From: Candidatus Promineofilum glycogenicum
GTDB lineage: Bacteria; Chloroflexota; Anaerolineae; Promineifilales; Promineifilaceae
Length of the DNA stretch: 64,000 nucleotides
NCBI GenBank assembly: GCA_016707605.1
Contig: JADJHJ010000010.1
Coordinates: 176,556 to 240,555 of the forward strand
Direction of reading: 5' to 3'
Below the pieces are notes generated by a model. That model was given only the letters and a program-made list of their open reading frames with translations, made no database searches and was not told where the DNA came from. The stretch's first letter is position 1; the number at the start of each line of letters is the position of its first letter. A program made the position numbers and the translations under genes. Shown here in pieces: positions 27,455 through 38,700 of the stretch.

Positions 27455-28561
27455 TCACTCTCCGGCCCAGGCCAGCCCCAACTCCACCGCGCGGGCCGTA
27501 TAGCGGGCAATGTGGTCGCGGGTCACGCGCCCCATGTCGTCGCCGCGCTGGTGGGCCTTGAACCAGTCGGTGATCTCCGTCAGCGCGTCCACCCAGGTGT
27601 AGACCGGCCGCCAGTCGAGCCGGTGGGCCGCCTTGTCCCAACTGAGGCGCAGCAGCCCCGTCTCCACCTCGGCGTAGCCCGGCCGGGTGTGCTCCCACGC
27701 CCCGCTGCCCCATAGCTCCACCAGCTTCTCGGCCAGCGCCTGGGCCGTCACCCCCTTCTGCTCCAGCGGGCCGAAGTTCCACGCCTCGCCCAAGGCCGGG
27801 CCGCGCCCCAGCAGTTGCGCCCCCAGCCACAGATAGCCGCTGAGCGGCTCCAGCACGTGCTGCCACGGCCGCACGCTGAGCGGGTTGCGCACGCCGATCG
27901 GCCGCCCGGCCATCAGCGCCTTCATGCAGTCGGGCACGAGGCGGTAGTCGGCGAAGTCGCCGCCGCCGATGACGTTGCCCGCCCGCGTCGAGGCGATGGC
28001 CAGGCCGTGGTTGTCATAGTCGCCCGGCGCGAAGTAGGTGCTGCGATAGGCGGCAATGGCCAGCTCGGCCATGGCTTTGCCCGCGCTATAGGGGTCGTGG
28101 CCGCCCAGCGTGTCGCTCTCGCGGTAGCCCCACAGCCACTCCTGATTCTCGTAGACCTTGTCGGTGGTGATGCTGACCAGGGCGCGGACGCTATCCGTTT
28201 GCCGGATCGCCTCCAGCACGTTGACCGTACCGCCGGTGTTGGTGTCGATGGTCAGCTTGGGCTGCTCCACCGAGCGCAGAACGATGGGCTGCGCCGCCAG
28301 GTGGAAGACGATCTCCGGCCGGTGGGTGGCGATGGTTTCGCATAGAGCATCGAAGTCGCGGATGTCGCCGCGCACGTCGCTGATGCGCTCGCTTAGCCCG
28401 GACAGCACGAAGTTGCTCGGCTGCGTGGGCGGCTCCGGCAGGCTATAGCCGATGACCGTGGCCCCCAGTTCGAGCAGCCAGGTCGTCAGCCACGAGCCTT
28501 TGAAGCCGGTGTGGCCGGTGATGAGGACGGGGAGGTTGGAGTAGGTGTTGGTGAAGGGCAT
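27455..28561 (-). CDS. rfbG: CDP-glucose 4,6-dehydratase
   Basis: VLITGHTGFKGSWL...EIVFHLAAQP...DKVYEN.EW.WGYRE...YSAGKA aligns closely with RfbG/DdhB. Confidence 0.9.
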   Translation of the reverse strand: MPFTNTYSNLPVLITGHTGFKGSWLTTWLLELGATVIGYSLPEPPTQPSNFVLSGLSERISDVRGDIRDFDALCETIATHRPEIVFHLAAQPIVLRSVEQPKLTIDTNTGGTVNVLEAIRQTDSVRALVSITTDKVYENQEWLWGYRESDTLGGHDPYSAGKAMAELAIAAYRSTYFAPGDYDNHGLAIASTRAGNVIGGGDFADYRLVPDCMKALMAGRPIGVRNPLSVRPWQHVLEPLSGYLWLGAQLLGRGPALGEAWNFGPLEQKGVTAQALAEKLVELWGSGAWEHTRPGYAEVETGLLRLSWDKAAHRLDWRPVYTWVDALTEITDWFKAHQRGDDMGRVTRDHIARYTARAVELGLAWAGE

Positions 28562-28604
28562 AGTAGTTGTCAGTTGTCAGTTATTTGTTGTCAGTTGCCA
28601 GTGG
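28562..28604. repeat. Short imperfect inverted repeat rich in 'gtcagttg' direct repeats
   Basis: agttgtcagttgtcagttatttgttgtcagttgccagtggtcaatggtcg...ctaacaactgaccactgacaac between two co-directional genes. Confidence 0.4.
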
Positions 28605-29774
28605 TCAATGGTCGTTCTTCACTAACAACTGACCACTGACAACTCTCTTATACACGTCCAGCGTCTCGCGCGCTGTGCGTTCCCAGGTAAATTGGGCCGC
28701 CTGTTGCGGGCCGGCGCGGCGCAGGTCGGCCGCCTGCTGCTCGTCCATCACCAGGGCGATGATCGCCCCGGCCATCGCCCGCGGGTCGTCGGGGCTGATG
28801 GCGAAGCCGGCCGGGCCGATGACCTCCGGCAGCGAGCCGCTGTCGCCGACGACGACCGGCGTGCCACAGGCCATCGCCTCCAGCGGCGGCAGGCCGAACC
28901 CCTCGTGGCGGCTGGGGAAGACGAACGCCTCCGCCCCGCGATAGAGCAGCGGCTTGTCGGCCTCGTCCACGTAGCCGATCCAGCGCACGAAGCGCCCCAG
29001 CCCGGCGCGTTCGATGATGTCGTCGTAGTCGGGGAAGGCCGGCGACGCCCCTTCCGGCTTGCGCCCGGCCAGCAGCAGCGGGTACTCCTCGCCCAGCGCC
29101 CCGGCGACGTAGGTGTAGGCGTGGAGCAGGGTGACGACGTTCTTGTGCGTCTCGTAGCCGCCCAGATAGAGCACGTAGAAGTCGGGCAGGTCGTACTTGC
29201 GCCGCACGGCCAGATCGACCAGGCTGTTGCCCGCCCGCGCGTTATACTCCGGCCCGACGCCCAGATAGACGACGGTCACGTCACCGTCGGCGATGCCCAG
29301 GTGAGTGAGGATGTCGGCTTTGCTGGCCTGCGAATCGGTCAGCACGTGGTTCGCCCCGCGCGCGGCGGCGCTGACCAGGGCGTTGTAGAGTCGCGCCCCC
29401 CGGCGGCGGCGATACTCCGGCACCAGCAGCGTCGTCAGGTCGTGGACGGTGACGACCAGCGGCGCGGGCGAGCGCAGCGGCGGACCGAAGTAGGGCACGT
29501 GGGCCAGCGTCGCCCCCAGGCGGCGGCAGGCGGCCGGGAAGCCGCGCTGCTCGAACAGCACCTTGCCCAGATGGCCGGGGCGCAGCGGCACAACGACGAC
29601 GCCCACGCCGTCGGGCACGCCCTCCGGCGGCGGGCCGTCCGGCAACTGGGGGTAAACCAGCGTCAGGACCACGTCCGGGGCCAGGCGGCGCAGGTGGGCG
29701 ACGAGTTGGCGGGTGTACTGGCCGCTGCCGGTGTGGGGCCGATCCCAGAAGTAGGCGTTGAGGGCGACGTGCAT
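28605..29774 (-). CDS. Family 4 glycosyltransferase (GT4)
   Basis: C-terminal ...FVFPSRHEGFGLPPLEAMACGTPVV... with the EX7E-type motif of Glycos_transf_1. Confidence 0.85.
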   Translation of the reverse strand: MHVALNAYFWDRPHTGSGQYTRQLVAHLRRLAPDVVLTLVYPQLPDGPPPEGVPDGVGVVVVPLRPGHLGKVLFEQRGFPAACRRLGATLAHVPYFGPPLRSPAPLVVTVHDLTTLLVPEYRRRRGARLYNALVSAAARGANHVLTDSQASKADILTHLGIADGDVTVVYLGVGPEYNARAGNSLVDLAVRRKYDLPDFYVLYLGGYETHKNVVTLLHAYTYVAGALGEEYPLLLAGRKPEGASPAFPDYDDIIERAGLGRFVRWIGYVDEADKPLLYRGAEAFVFPSRHEGFGLPPLEAMACGTPVVVGDSGSLPEVIGPAGFAISPDDPRAMAGAIIALVMDEQQAADLRRAGPQQAAQFTWERTARETLDVYKRVVSGQLLVKNDH

Positions 29775-29779
29775 TGGGC

Positions 29780-29960
29780 GCGATTATAAGCCACTCCGCA
29801 TCGTATCGCACTTTCTTCTCCCGGTGCGTTGCACTTTCCGGAGTGCATCGCACCTTCTTACAGCAAGGTGCGTCGCACTTTCCAGAAGTGCATCGCACCG
29901 CTCCTGAAAGGCGACTCCAGAAAGTGCGACGCACTCCAGAAAGTGCGACGCACTCCAGAA
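29780..29960. repeat. Array of 'tgcgtcgcac/gtgcgatgca' family palindromic units
   Basis: Repeated tcgcactttc / gtgcgacgcact units; the same family occurs at 22570 and as a 120-bp tandem array at 46951-47340. Confidence 0.7.
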
Positions 29961-30015
29961 AGTGCATCGCACTGGGGGCTATGTTATAGTTGCGGCGTGG
30001 GTGGCCGCAAAGGAC

Positions 30016-31290
30016 ATGGAAGAGCGTAGACGACAGTTCATTCCCGGTCTGGGCATCTTGCTGCTGGCGATCGTGCTGCTGAGCGCAGTCGGTTCGCTGC
30101 TCCACGACTACCGCGAGGTGGGCTACGAAGGCGTCGGCGCGCTCCTCTGGGGCGGGGCGGTGCTGCTCACCTTCATTCTGGGCACGGCCCATCTGTCGCG
30201 CCGCGTGTTGCCGCTACAGAACAATCTCGGTTGGGCGGAGGGCTTTCGTCTGCTGTGGCGCAGCTACCTGATGGGCGTCAACCGCCTGCTGGAAGGACGG
30301 CCGCGCGAACCGCTACACACCCCCAGCAAGAGCAAGAAGACCGCCGCCGCCGCGCTCTCGCCCAGCTTCCAACTGCTGGGCGCCGGCTTCCTCTTCAGCC
30401 ACGAAGCCGCGGCCATCACCCGCGGCAACAGCTTTGTCCGCGCCGATGGGCCGGGGCTGGTTTTTCTACATCCTGGCGAAGTGATCGCCCAGATCTTCGA
30501 CCTGCGCACGCAGACGCGCAAGCAGTCGGTCAGCGCCACCACCCGCGACGGCATCCCCGTGGAGACCAGCGTCTCCGTCACTTTTCACGTGCGGCGGCTG
30601 CCGCCCGGCGAGCGCCGCCCGCGCTCGGTGGAAACGGATGCCATCCCCTACCCCTACGACCGCCAGGCGCTCTTCGACCTGACCTACGCCGGCAGCGTCA
30701 GTGGCGACGCCGACCGGCTCAGTTGGGCCGACCAGATCTGCCCCCAGGCGGCGACGCTGCTGGTGGGCGAAATCGGCCGCTTCACCCTCGACCAACTGCT
30801 CGTCAGCGGTGGCGCGGAGCCGATGGGCGAAATCAAAGCCAACGTCAAGCGCGGCCTGGAGGCGCAGCAGACGAGCGACGACGGGCCGACGCTACCCAAG
30901 GGCGTCACCATCGCCGGAGTCGGCGTCGGCGGGCTGACGCTGCATAAGGACGTGGTGACCAAGCGCCTGGCTACCTGGCAGGTCGAGTGGGAAGGCCAGG
31001 CCACGAAAAGCATCGCTGAGGGCGATCTGGAGACGCAGCGGCTCGTCAACCGCGCCCGCGCTCGCGCCGTGGCCGACAGCCTCGATGGTTTGCTGAGCAG
31101 CATCGAGGCCGTGCAGACCCAGGGGCAAGGGGGCCAACTGCACGAAGTCATCCTCAGCCAACTGACCCAATCGCTGGAGGCGATGCTGACCAACCATGCC
31201 TTCGGTGAACTGCCGCAGCGCACCCAATTGCTGACCCTGGCCGCGGACACGTCGCACGAGTTGCGCCGGTTCATGGAGGGGGAAGGGTAG
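30016..31290 (+). CDS. SPFH/band-7-like membrane protein (paralogue A)
   Basis: N-terminal TM helices, then a core resembling band-7 (...VRADGPGLVFLHPGEVIAQIFDLRTQ...TRDGIPVETSVSVTFHV...). Start ATG 30016 is preferred because the listed start lies in the repeat. Confidence 0.5.
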   Translation: MEERRRQFIPGLGILLLAIVLLSAVGSLLHDYREVGYEGVGALLWGGAVLLTFILGTAHLSRRVLPLQNNLGWAEGFRLLWRSYLMGVNRLLEGRPREPLHTPSKSKKTAAAALSPSFQLLGAGFLFSHEAAAITRGNSFVRADGPGLVFLHPGEVIAQIFDLRTQTRKQSVSATTRDGIPVETSVSVTFHVRRLPPGERRPRSVETDAIPYPYDRQALFDLTYAGSVSGDADRLSWADQICPQAATLLVGEIGRFTLDQLLVSGGAEPMGEIKANVKRGLEAQQTSDDGPTLPKGVTIAGVGVGGLTLHKDVVTKRLATWQVEWEGQATKSIAEGDLETQRLVNRARARAVADSLDGLLSSIEAVQTQGQGGQLHEVILSQLTQSLEAMLTNHAFGELPQRTQLLTLAADTSHELRRFMEGEG

Positions 31291-31294
31291 TGTT

Positions 31295-32707
31295 GTGACC
31301 GCTCAGGCCACACCTCGCGCCACCCGCCCCGTCCGCCGCTTGCGCCGGCCGCCCACGCCCCGCTGGTTCAACTGGCCGCGCGTTGTCTTGGCCCTGTTGC
31401 TGATCGGCTACTGGCTCTTCGCCCGCGCTTTGGAGCGCATCGACGGCAATCTGGTGCTGGCCGGCATCTTCCTGCCTGACCTGTCCACCGGCCAGGCGGC
31501 GACGGTCAGCTTCTCGCCCTGGCTGCGTTTGCTGATCGAGCTGTTTCACCCGCGCGTTCTGCGCCACTTCATCCCCATCTTCGTCGGCTGGTGGCTGGCC
31601 GTCCAGGCGGCCGTCAGCCTGATGCAAATCCTCTACAACTGCCCCGACCGCAAGACGGCGGGCGAGTTTCTGCATCGCCAACGGCGCGACAAGGTAGGGC
31701 GGCTGGAATTGCCCTACGTCGTCTTGCCCAACACGCTGGAGAGCGTGCGCGAAGAGTCGATCCTGCTGCGCGTCGGCGGGCCGGTGCAGGTCGTCATCCC
31801 CAACGGCTATGCGGCCGTGACGGAGCGCAACGCCCGCTTCCTGCGCGTCTTGCCGCCCGGCTTCCACGTGCTGGGGCGCTTCGAGTATCTGCTCGGTGTG
31901 GTCGATCTCCAGCCCCAGTCGCGCACCACGCCCGAACCGGTGTCGCTGCTGACCCGCGAGGGCATCCCGGTTAAGGCCGAGATTGGCCTGACCTTCGCCA
32001 TCGACCCCGGCGACGCGCCGACGCCGTTGCGCCCCTTCCCGTTCCGGCCGGAGGCGGTGCGCAAGGCAGCCTACGGCGGTGCGGTGGGGGCCAATGGAAA
32101 GGTCTCGACGTGGGACGGTGGGCCGCTGGGCAAAGCTGTCGGCGCGCTGTCGGGCTGGGTGGTCAGCCACACGCTGGACGAGCTGCTGGTCGCCGACGCC
32201 TCGCACGACGCCCACCACCTCATGACCCAGGCGATCATTGATAAGGTGTGGGACAAGGACGGCCTGCTGAAAGACGGCATCAAGCCGCTACGCGTCCACG
32301 TCGGCCGTCTGACCCCACCCGATGAGGTTAGCCAGCAGTTTACGGAGGTGTGGCTGGCCGCCCAGCAGAAGGAAGACCAGTTGGCGCGGGCCAACGGCAC
32401 AGCCGAACTGGCCCAGGAGTTGGCGGCGGTCAACGCCGAGGGGCCGATGCTCATCATCCAGGCCCTGGCCGACCGGTTGCGCCAGGTGCAGCAAGAGGCG
32501 GGCGGCGGCATCTCCGGCTACGTGCTGGCCATCAGCCTGGTCGAGGCGTTGCGCCAGGTGTTCTACGTCAGCGCCCGCGAGGCGCGCGCCGCCACGCAGG
32601 ACACCAGGCAGTTGCCGGAGCTATCCGACGTTTCGCAGCGGTTGGCGAAGCTCGAAGAGGACTTGCAGCGGCCGACGGTGGCCTTCAATCCGTCGCGGTC
32701 GGAGTAG
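31295..32707 (+). CDS. SPFH/band-7-like membrane protein (paralogue B)
   Basis: TM helices plus '...RVGGPVQVVIPNGYAAVTERNARFLRVLPPGFHVLGRFEYLLGVVDLQPQ...TREGIPVKAEIGLTFAI' core; the GTG start is 4 nt after the paralogue A stop. Confidence 0.5.
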   Translation: MTAQATPRATRPVRRLRRPPTPRWFNWPRVVLALLLIGYWLFARALERIDGNLVLAGIFLPDLSTGQAATVSFSPWLRLLIELFHPRVLRHFIPIFVGWWLAVQAAVSLMQILYNCPDRKTAGEFLHRQRRDKVGRLELPYVVLPNTLESVREESILLRVGGPVQVVIPNGYAAVTERNARFLRVLPPGFHVLGRFEYLLGVVDLQPQSRTTPEPVSLLTREGIPVKAEIGLTFAIDPGDAPTPLRPFPFRPEAVRKAAYGGAVGANGKVSTWDGGPLGKAVGALSGWVVSHTLDELLVADASHDAHHLMTQAIIDKVWDKDGLLKDGIKPLRVHVGRLTPPDEVSQQFTEVWLAAQQKEDQLARANGTAELAQELAAVNAEGPMLIIQALADRLRQVQQEAGGGISGYVLAISLVEALRQVFYVSAREARAATQDTRQLPELSDVSQRLAKLEEDLQRPTVAFNPSRSE

Positions 32708-32722
32708 GGGCAGCCGAAGACG

Positions 32723-33919
32723 ATGGTCGAGCGTCCTTCCAGTTCCGGCACGAGTGAGGCGCGCTCCGGCGTCAGCGGGGCAGAGCCACGGGTGCGCCCG
32801 GAGGCCGTCACCGTGCTGGAGCGGCTGCTGCGGCTGCTGTTCCCCAACCCGCCGTCGCTCGACTGTATTACCATTGACGACGTACAGCGACGCTACCGGC
32901 TGACGGGGCTGGGCGCGCCGGCGCTGGCGGCCATCGAGCAGTCGCAGCGCATGGTGCGCGCCCGCGGTGATTACGCTCAGACGGGCCTGGGTGAGTTCCA
33001 CATCGGGCTGATCTACTTCCATTGGGGCGACCCGCGCGCGGCGGCCAACCAGTTTGCTCTGGCCCGCCAGCCGTGGACGCTGGCCGATGACAACTCGGCC
33101 AACTGCCTGAGCCACTTTGCCCAGGGGTTGGCCCTCTACCACGCCTTTCACAACGAGCCGGCCATGCTGCAATTTGGCCGGGCGGAGCGGCTGATGGCCC
33201 GGCCGGTGCACGGCTTGCCCGCGGCGCGCCACGCCGCGCTGGTGGAGCAGTTGCGACCGCTGCTGACGGCGGCCCAGGAGGCGCTACGCGAGGCGCTATG
33301 GCCGGCCGACCGCCCGCCGGACGGCCCCGACGCCGCGCCCGAACGCCTCTACGTGGCCGTGCCGCCGCTGCGCGACGCGCCGGCTACGCGCCCGCCCGGC
33401 GTTCCAACGCCCGATGTGGCCGCGCGACGGGCCTTCGAGCGCCCGCCGCCGCCGCGCGACCCGGCCACCCGCGCCTTGCCGCCCATCTCCAACCTGCCCG
33501 GCGGGCTGGGCGACGTGCCGCGCGGCCCCGTGCCTGGCCACATCGTCGTCGATGACCGCTTCGGGTGGTACGTCATCGCCGAGCGGCGCGGCGACTTCCT
33601 GCCGGCCGTGGTCGCCGGCACGTGGCTGCTGGCCGACAGCGAACCGGAGGAGCGGTCGGGCGCGACGGGGCGGGGCGAGTACGTCATCGTCGGCAGCCGC
33701 CGCGCCGGGCTGGGCAGCATCGCCGTGCAGTCCATCTCCCGCTCCAGCGCCGTGCCCTACGTCTACCTGGGTCGTCGCGCCGTCGGGCCGGACGGGGCGG
33801 CGCGCCTTTTCCTGGACGATGGGCCACAGCCGGCGGCGGCCGACGACGCGCAAGTGCTGGCCGTGGTCGAGGGGTTCTGGCAGGTATTGGACGGACAGTT
33901 GGCCGGCAAGAGGAGCTAG
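32723..33919 (+). CDS. Hypothetical protein (398 aa)
   Basis: Open frame with strong GC3 bias, co-directional with the SPFH pair. No recognisable motif. Confidence 0.45.
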   Translation: MVERPSSSGTSEARSGVSGAEPRVRPEAVTVLERLLRLLFPNPPSLDCITIDDVQRRYRLTGLGAPALAAIEQSQRMVRARGDYAQTGLGEFHIGLIYFHWGDPRAAANQFALARQPWTLADDNSANCLSHFAQGLALYHAFHNEPAMLQFGRAERLMARPVHGLPAARHAALVEQLRPLLTAAQEALREALWPADRPPDGPDAAPERLYVAVPPLRDAPATRPPGVPTPDVAARRAFERPPPPRDPATRALPPISNLPGGLGDVPRGPVPGHIVVDDRFGWYVIAERRGDFLPAVVAGTWLLADSEPEERSGATGRGEYVIVGSRRAGLGSIAVQSISRSSAVPYVYLGRRAVGPDGAARLFLDDGPQPAAADDAQVLAVVEGFWQVLDGQLAGKRS

Positions 33920-34849
33920 ATGGCAAAGCACGTGCTGGTGATCGGAGCGACGCTGCTGGACACAAAGGGCAAGCCCTCGGCCGGACTGGCCCCGGGTATG
34001 TCGAACCCGGCCGAGATTCGCTCGACGCGCGGCGGGACGGCGCGCAACGTGGCCGAGAACCTGGCCCGGCTGGGGGCCGAGGTGGTGCTCGTCTCGGCCG
34101 TGGGCGACGACACGACCGGGCGGCAACTGATGATCCAGACAGCCGAGGCGGGGGTCAACCTCGATTACGTTGAGATGGTGGCCGATTATCACACCGGCTC
34201 CTACATCGCCCTGCTGGACGAGGATGGGCGGCTGGCGGTGGCCCTCGATGACGTGGGCGTGATGGAGGTCATCGACGCGCCCTATCTGGCGGCGCGGAGC
34301 GATCTGTTCGCCGAGGCAGCGATGGTGATGTTTGACGGCAGCCTGAGCGAGGCGGCGATGGCCACGGTCGTGCGGCTGGCCCGTGAGAACGACGTGCCGC
34401 TGTGCGCCGACCCGTCGTCGGCCCGCCTGGCCCACAAGCTGCGCCCCTATCTGCCCTATCTGCACCTGCTCGTGCCCAACGAAGTGGAGGAGGCAGCGTT
34501 GTGCGACGTCGGCTTCACCGGCCACGACCCGACGGCGAGCCTGACGCTGGCCGGCCGTCTCGTCGCCGCCGGGGTGGCCAACGTCGTCGTCACCCTGGCC
34601 GACTTCGGGCTGGACTACGCCACCAGCGACGAGAGCGGCTACATTCCCCCGTCGCACACCCACATGGTGGACAGCACCGGCACGGGCGACGCGGTGACAG
34701 CGGCCATCCTCTTCGGGCTGCTCAACGATCTGTCGCCCATCGAGGCCATCCGCCTGGGCGCCGCCGCCGCCGCGCTAACCCTCCAATCCCCCGACACCGT
34801 CGTGCCCGACCTGAGCCTCGATATGCTCTATGACCACCTGATTGTCTAG
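33920..34849 (+). CDS. PfkB-family carbohydrate kinase (ribokinase/pseudouridine-kinase-like)
   Basis: N-terminal LVIGATLLD...TRGGTARNVAENLARLG and C-terminal DSTGTGDAVTAAILFGL (anion-hole DTxGAGD motif). Confidence 0.8.
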   Translation: MAKHVLVIGATLLDTKGKPSAGLAPGMSNPAEIRSTRGGTARNVAENLARLGAEVVLVSAVGDDTTGRQLMIQTAEAGVNLDYVEMVADYHTGSYIALLDEDGRLAVALDDVGVMEVIDAPYLAARSDLFAEAAMVMFDGSLSEAAMATVVRLARENDVPLCADPSSARLAHKLRPYLPYLHLLVPNEVEEAALCDVGFTGHDPTASLTLAGRLVAAGVANVVVTLADFGLDYATSDESGYIPPSHTHMVDSTGTGDAVTAAILFGLLNDLSPIEAIRLGAAAAALTLQSPDTVVPDLSLDMLYDHLIV

Positions 34850-34925
34850 GTTCCAGGGGCCAGGTTCCAGGGGCCAGGGGAAGAGCGCTCTTCCCTGGCC
34901 CCTGGAACCTGGCCCCTGGAACCTT
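34850..34925. repeat. 'ccagg' family palindromic element
   Basis: ggttccaggggccaggttccaggggccaggggaagagcgctcttccctggcccctggaacctggcccctggaacc (near-perfect). Confidence 0.8.
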
Positions 34926-34944
34926 GTTTCCTAGGCTCCATCAC

Positions 34945-35609
34945 ATGAACAACACCCTCGGCTTCATCCTGTGTCTCCTCTACGTTTTCGGCATGATCGG
35001 CCTGGCCGAACTGCTGCGCCGCTGGCGGGGCTATGGCTCCGGCTTCACGCGCAAGGTCATCCACATCGGCGTGGGCATGATGAGTTGGTTCCTGCCACCC
35101 TGTTCACGTCCCCCTGGCCGTTCGTCGCCGCCTGTGGCGCGTTCATGGTCATCAACCTGCTCGACTGGCGCTACGACTTCTTCAAAGCCATGAAGAGCAG
35201 CAGCCGCAGCAACCTGGGCACGGTCTACTTCCCGCTGGCGGCGGCCGTCGTCGCCCTCGTCTTCTGGGAGCAACCGCCGCTGATGGTGGCCGCGCTCATG
35301 CCCCTGACCTGGGGCGACGGCCTGGCCCCGGTCATTGGCGCGGCTTACGGCAAGCGCTTCTACCGCATCCACACCAGTACCCGCACCTTGGAAGGCTCGG
35401 CCGGCTTCTTCGTGGCCGGCTTCCTCTTCACCTGGCTGGCGCTGTGGGTGATGCCCGGCCTGCCCGACATCAGCCCCACCGCGGCCCTGTTGCCGGCGCT
35501 GATCATCATGGTCGTGACGACGCTCATTGAGGCCGTCTCCATCTGGGGGCTGGACAATCTGACGATCACTGCCGCGGCCATCCTGATCTTGAGCTTTTGG
35601 CCCTTCTAA
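34945..35609 (+). CDS. Dolichol-kinase/phytol-kinase/CdsA-like CTP-dependent polyprenol kinase family membrane protein; apparent 1-nt frameshift near 35090-35106
   Basis: ORFs 34924..35193 and 34971..35609 together give MNNTLGFILCLL...RKVIHIGVGMMSWFLP|TLFTSPWPFVAACGAF...LTWGDGLAPVIGAAYGKRFY. 'GDGLA...G..YGK' is the family signature. The frame change is in ttcctgccaccctgttc. Confidence 0.55.
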
Positions 35610-35621
35610 AAATGCTCAATG

Positions 35622-35676
35622 CGCGATACAAAATACGAGTGAAGAGAAAACTCTTCACTCGTATTTCGTATCGCGG
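35622..35676. terminator. AT-rich 25-bp-stem hairpin between convergent genes (bidirectional terminator candidate)
   Basis: cgcgatacaaaatacgagtgaagag-aaaa-ctcttcactcgtatttcgtatcgcg (one mismatch), between the + gene end at 35609 and the - gene end at 35739. Its composition differs from the MITE families. Confidence 0.6.
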
Positions 35677-35738
35677 CTTTGGAGCCGGATAGCCGGGACT
35701 GGTCAGGTCTTTTCAGACCCAACCGGGGTTAGAAACGG

Positions 35739-38700
35739 TTACGGAGTCGTCGTCAGCGGACTGCACTGGTAGTTGGCCGCCAGGCCGACCAGCGTGGCCG
35801 AATCCCCGCCCAGCGCGCCGACGCCGGTTTCGGCGTAGGGCGCGGGCGAGTAGACCTCGATGACGATCTCGTCCGTGCCCGCGGGCACATTGACCAAGTC
35901 GAAGACCAACAGGTTCAACAGGTCGCCGTTGGACGGGTTGGTCGGCTTCACCGTCTGCGTTACGTTGCCGGCCGTCACCGTCACCCACACCGGGCGGGCG
36001 TCCTTGTCGTTGTCGACCAGGGCCAGTTCGATGTGGAACGTCTCCGGGCCGAGCGGCGCGGCGATGGGCACGACGATCTCACGGTAGGGCGTCCAGCCCT
36101 GGGCTACGTCCCAGTACACTTCGCCCTCGGCGGCGTCGAAGGTATTCCAGACGTTGACGTAGGTGTGGGCGGCGTCGTTGTAGGTCGGGTAGAGGATGAA
36201 GGCGCGCGGCAGGTGGCCCTTCGTCCCGCTCTTCTGCAACCACCACTTACCGGTTACGCTCTTCGTCGCCGCCGTTACCGGCAAATCCGCACCATACCAG
36301 AAGTTGCCGTTGATGTTATCGGCCGGGCTAGTGATGGTGTCGACCTGGACATAGTTGTTCTTGCCGGGCTGGATGAAGCGCACGTACTTGGACAGACCGG
36401 TGTTCTTGGCTACCAACTGACCGTAGAGCTCGACCAGGTTGGTGGAGTTGGGAATGGTCAGCTTGGCCTGCACCTTATGGGCCTTGGTGCTGCCCATGCC
36501 GATGCCCAGGAGGTCAGTCCACTGATGGGTGGTCGCGGCCACGGGGCAGGTGTTGGTCGGCGGCGGGGTGTAGCTGTTGGTGAAGGTGCAGACCCAGGCG
36601 TCGCCGTCGGCCACGGTGATGGTCGCGTCGTGATCAACGGGGACGTTGGTCAGCGGCGCGCTTGTCTGTTTGACGCAGGAAACGTTGGCCAGCGACCAGC
36701 CGGTGGGCATGTTGATCTCGTCGATGGTGTACTGGCCCGCTTGCAGCGGCGGGGTGGTGACGTAGGGCGCGGCCGCATCGGTCAGAGTGACGTGGCTGTT
36801 GCTCCAGCTCACGTCGAAGGTGAACTGCGTCGCGCCACCGCCGGGAGCCACCTTGTCGATGGTGATCGTGCCACCCTGGTAGCAGGGGCCGTCGAGGTCG
36901 CTGGTGTAGAGCCAGGGGGTAAAGTCAACCTTGGCGCTGACCTTGTCGCCACTGCCGGGGCCGACCGGGCCGGGGCCGCTGGCGCTGTTCCACCAGTTGC
37001 ACGTGCCGTCGATGTCACCAGCCTCGGCTAACAGGTTGCTGATGCCCTCAGTGGTGTTGTTGGTGATGGCGTTGCGGTTGATGTGGATCGTCGACTTGTC
37101 GAAGGGCAGCGGCGTCACCGTCAGGACGCGCACGCCGCGGCCGTTGGCGTTCAGGATGTTCTTCGTCACCGTCACTTGCTGCGCCTCATAGAGGGTGATG
37201 GCGTTGGCCGTGCCGGTGATGGTGTTGCCCTGAATCGTTGCGTGGCCCCAGACGGTCGGGTCGGGTTCGCCCCAGACGCCGAGGCCGGCCGAAGCGCCCG
37301 TGCCGGTGATGGTGTTGTTCTCGATCAGGTTTTCCTGGGCCTGGGTGATTGCCGTGCCGTTGAACAGCCCGTTGATCGCATTGCCGCGGAAGACGAAATC
37401 GACAACACTGGGGTTGATGTAGAACGCCCGCTGGCCGCCGGCGGCCGTCAGCGGCTCGAAGATGTTGTCTTCGACCGTCAACGTGGCTACGTCGGGGTTG
37501 GCGGTGTATTCGGTGATCAGACCGAAGCCGTCGTCGCCGGTGCTGCACCCACCAACCGCGCCGACCTGGATGCGGTTGTTCTTGATGACTACGTCATCCG
37601 GGGCACTGGTCAGGTAGATATTGGTCGCGGCCAACGTCGGGCAGGCGGCGTCGATGCCCACGACAGTGAAGCCGTCGAGCGTCACGTCCGCGCCGCTGAT
37701 CAGCAGCGAGTGGGTGTAGTTGGTGTTCGTCTGCAAGGCGATGAAGGTCACGTTGCGGCCGTCGTCGGAGACAACCGTCAGCGACTTGTTGATCGTCGGG
37801 CTTTCGGGATACGTACCTTCGTTCACCAGCACGGTGTCGCCGTTCACACCGTGGTCGATCTCCGGCTGGATATCAGCCCCGATCTGGCGCACATTGTTGA
37901 AGGTGTAGGACGTGGTATAGGTATAGGCGCGCACGTCGTCGAACAGGTTCGGGCCGACGATGACCGCCTTGTTGTAGGTGTTATCGTCCCAGTACGATTC
38001 CCAGTCGAACTCGGAGTCATCGGGCACGCCGCGAGCGCGGATGTGCAGGCCGCCGACCGCGGTGTTGGTGAAGGTGTTGCCGGTGATGACCGCGCCGCCG
38101 ACCGGGTAGGTGTACCAGGGCACGGTCGTGTCCTCACCGTTGAAGCTGATGGACGGCCAGTTCTGGCCCGTGCCCATCGTGAACTCGTTGTCAGTGATTT
38201 GCCGGCCGGCCACAGGGCCACTGGCCCCCGCGCCGCTGCTGATGGCGATCTGGCTGCCGGCGCCGAAGACGTTGTTGTCCACGGTGTAGCTCTTGAGATA
38301 GGCCGTATCCGTGCCGGCGTCGTAGCGCCAGTCGTTAAAGTACGGGTAGGCCCCGTCGATGCCGTCGCCGGTCAGCAGGCTATCCTTCAGGGTGAAGGCG
38401 TCGCCGATGATCTCGATCGTCTTGTTCTCGCCGGGGGTGTTGGGGCCGATCTCCAGACCGGCGATGGTGACGTTGTCGCCCTCGACGAAGATGCCGCTGT
38501 GGCCGAAGTTATTGGTGGCGTTGGTGGTGATGTCGGCCTGGGTGGCGTTGGGGTTGGTGATGGCTACGTCGGCGGCCGTCACGCCCTGGATGGTGATGCC
38601 ATTCTTGGCGATGAACAGGCCGAACTGGTGCGGGCCGTTCGTGCCCAGCACAAAGCGGTTGGTGGCCGTCTCATCGTAGCTGCCGGGCAGCACGCGCACC

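Noticed and set aside
28562-28604. 'gtcagttg' direct repeats between rfbG and the GT4 gene as a possible regulatory iteron
   Set aside because: The repeats are short, degenerate and internal to an apparent operon, so they are more simply an imperfect hairpin. No evidence was found beyond the repeat itself.
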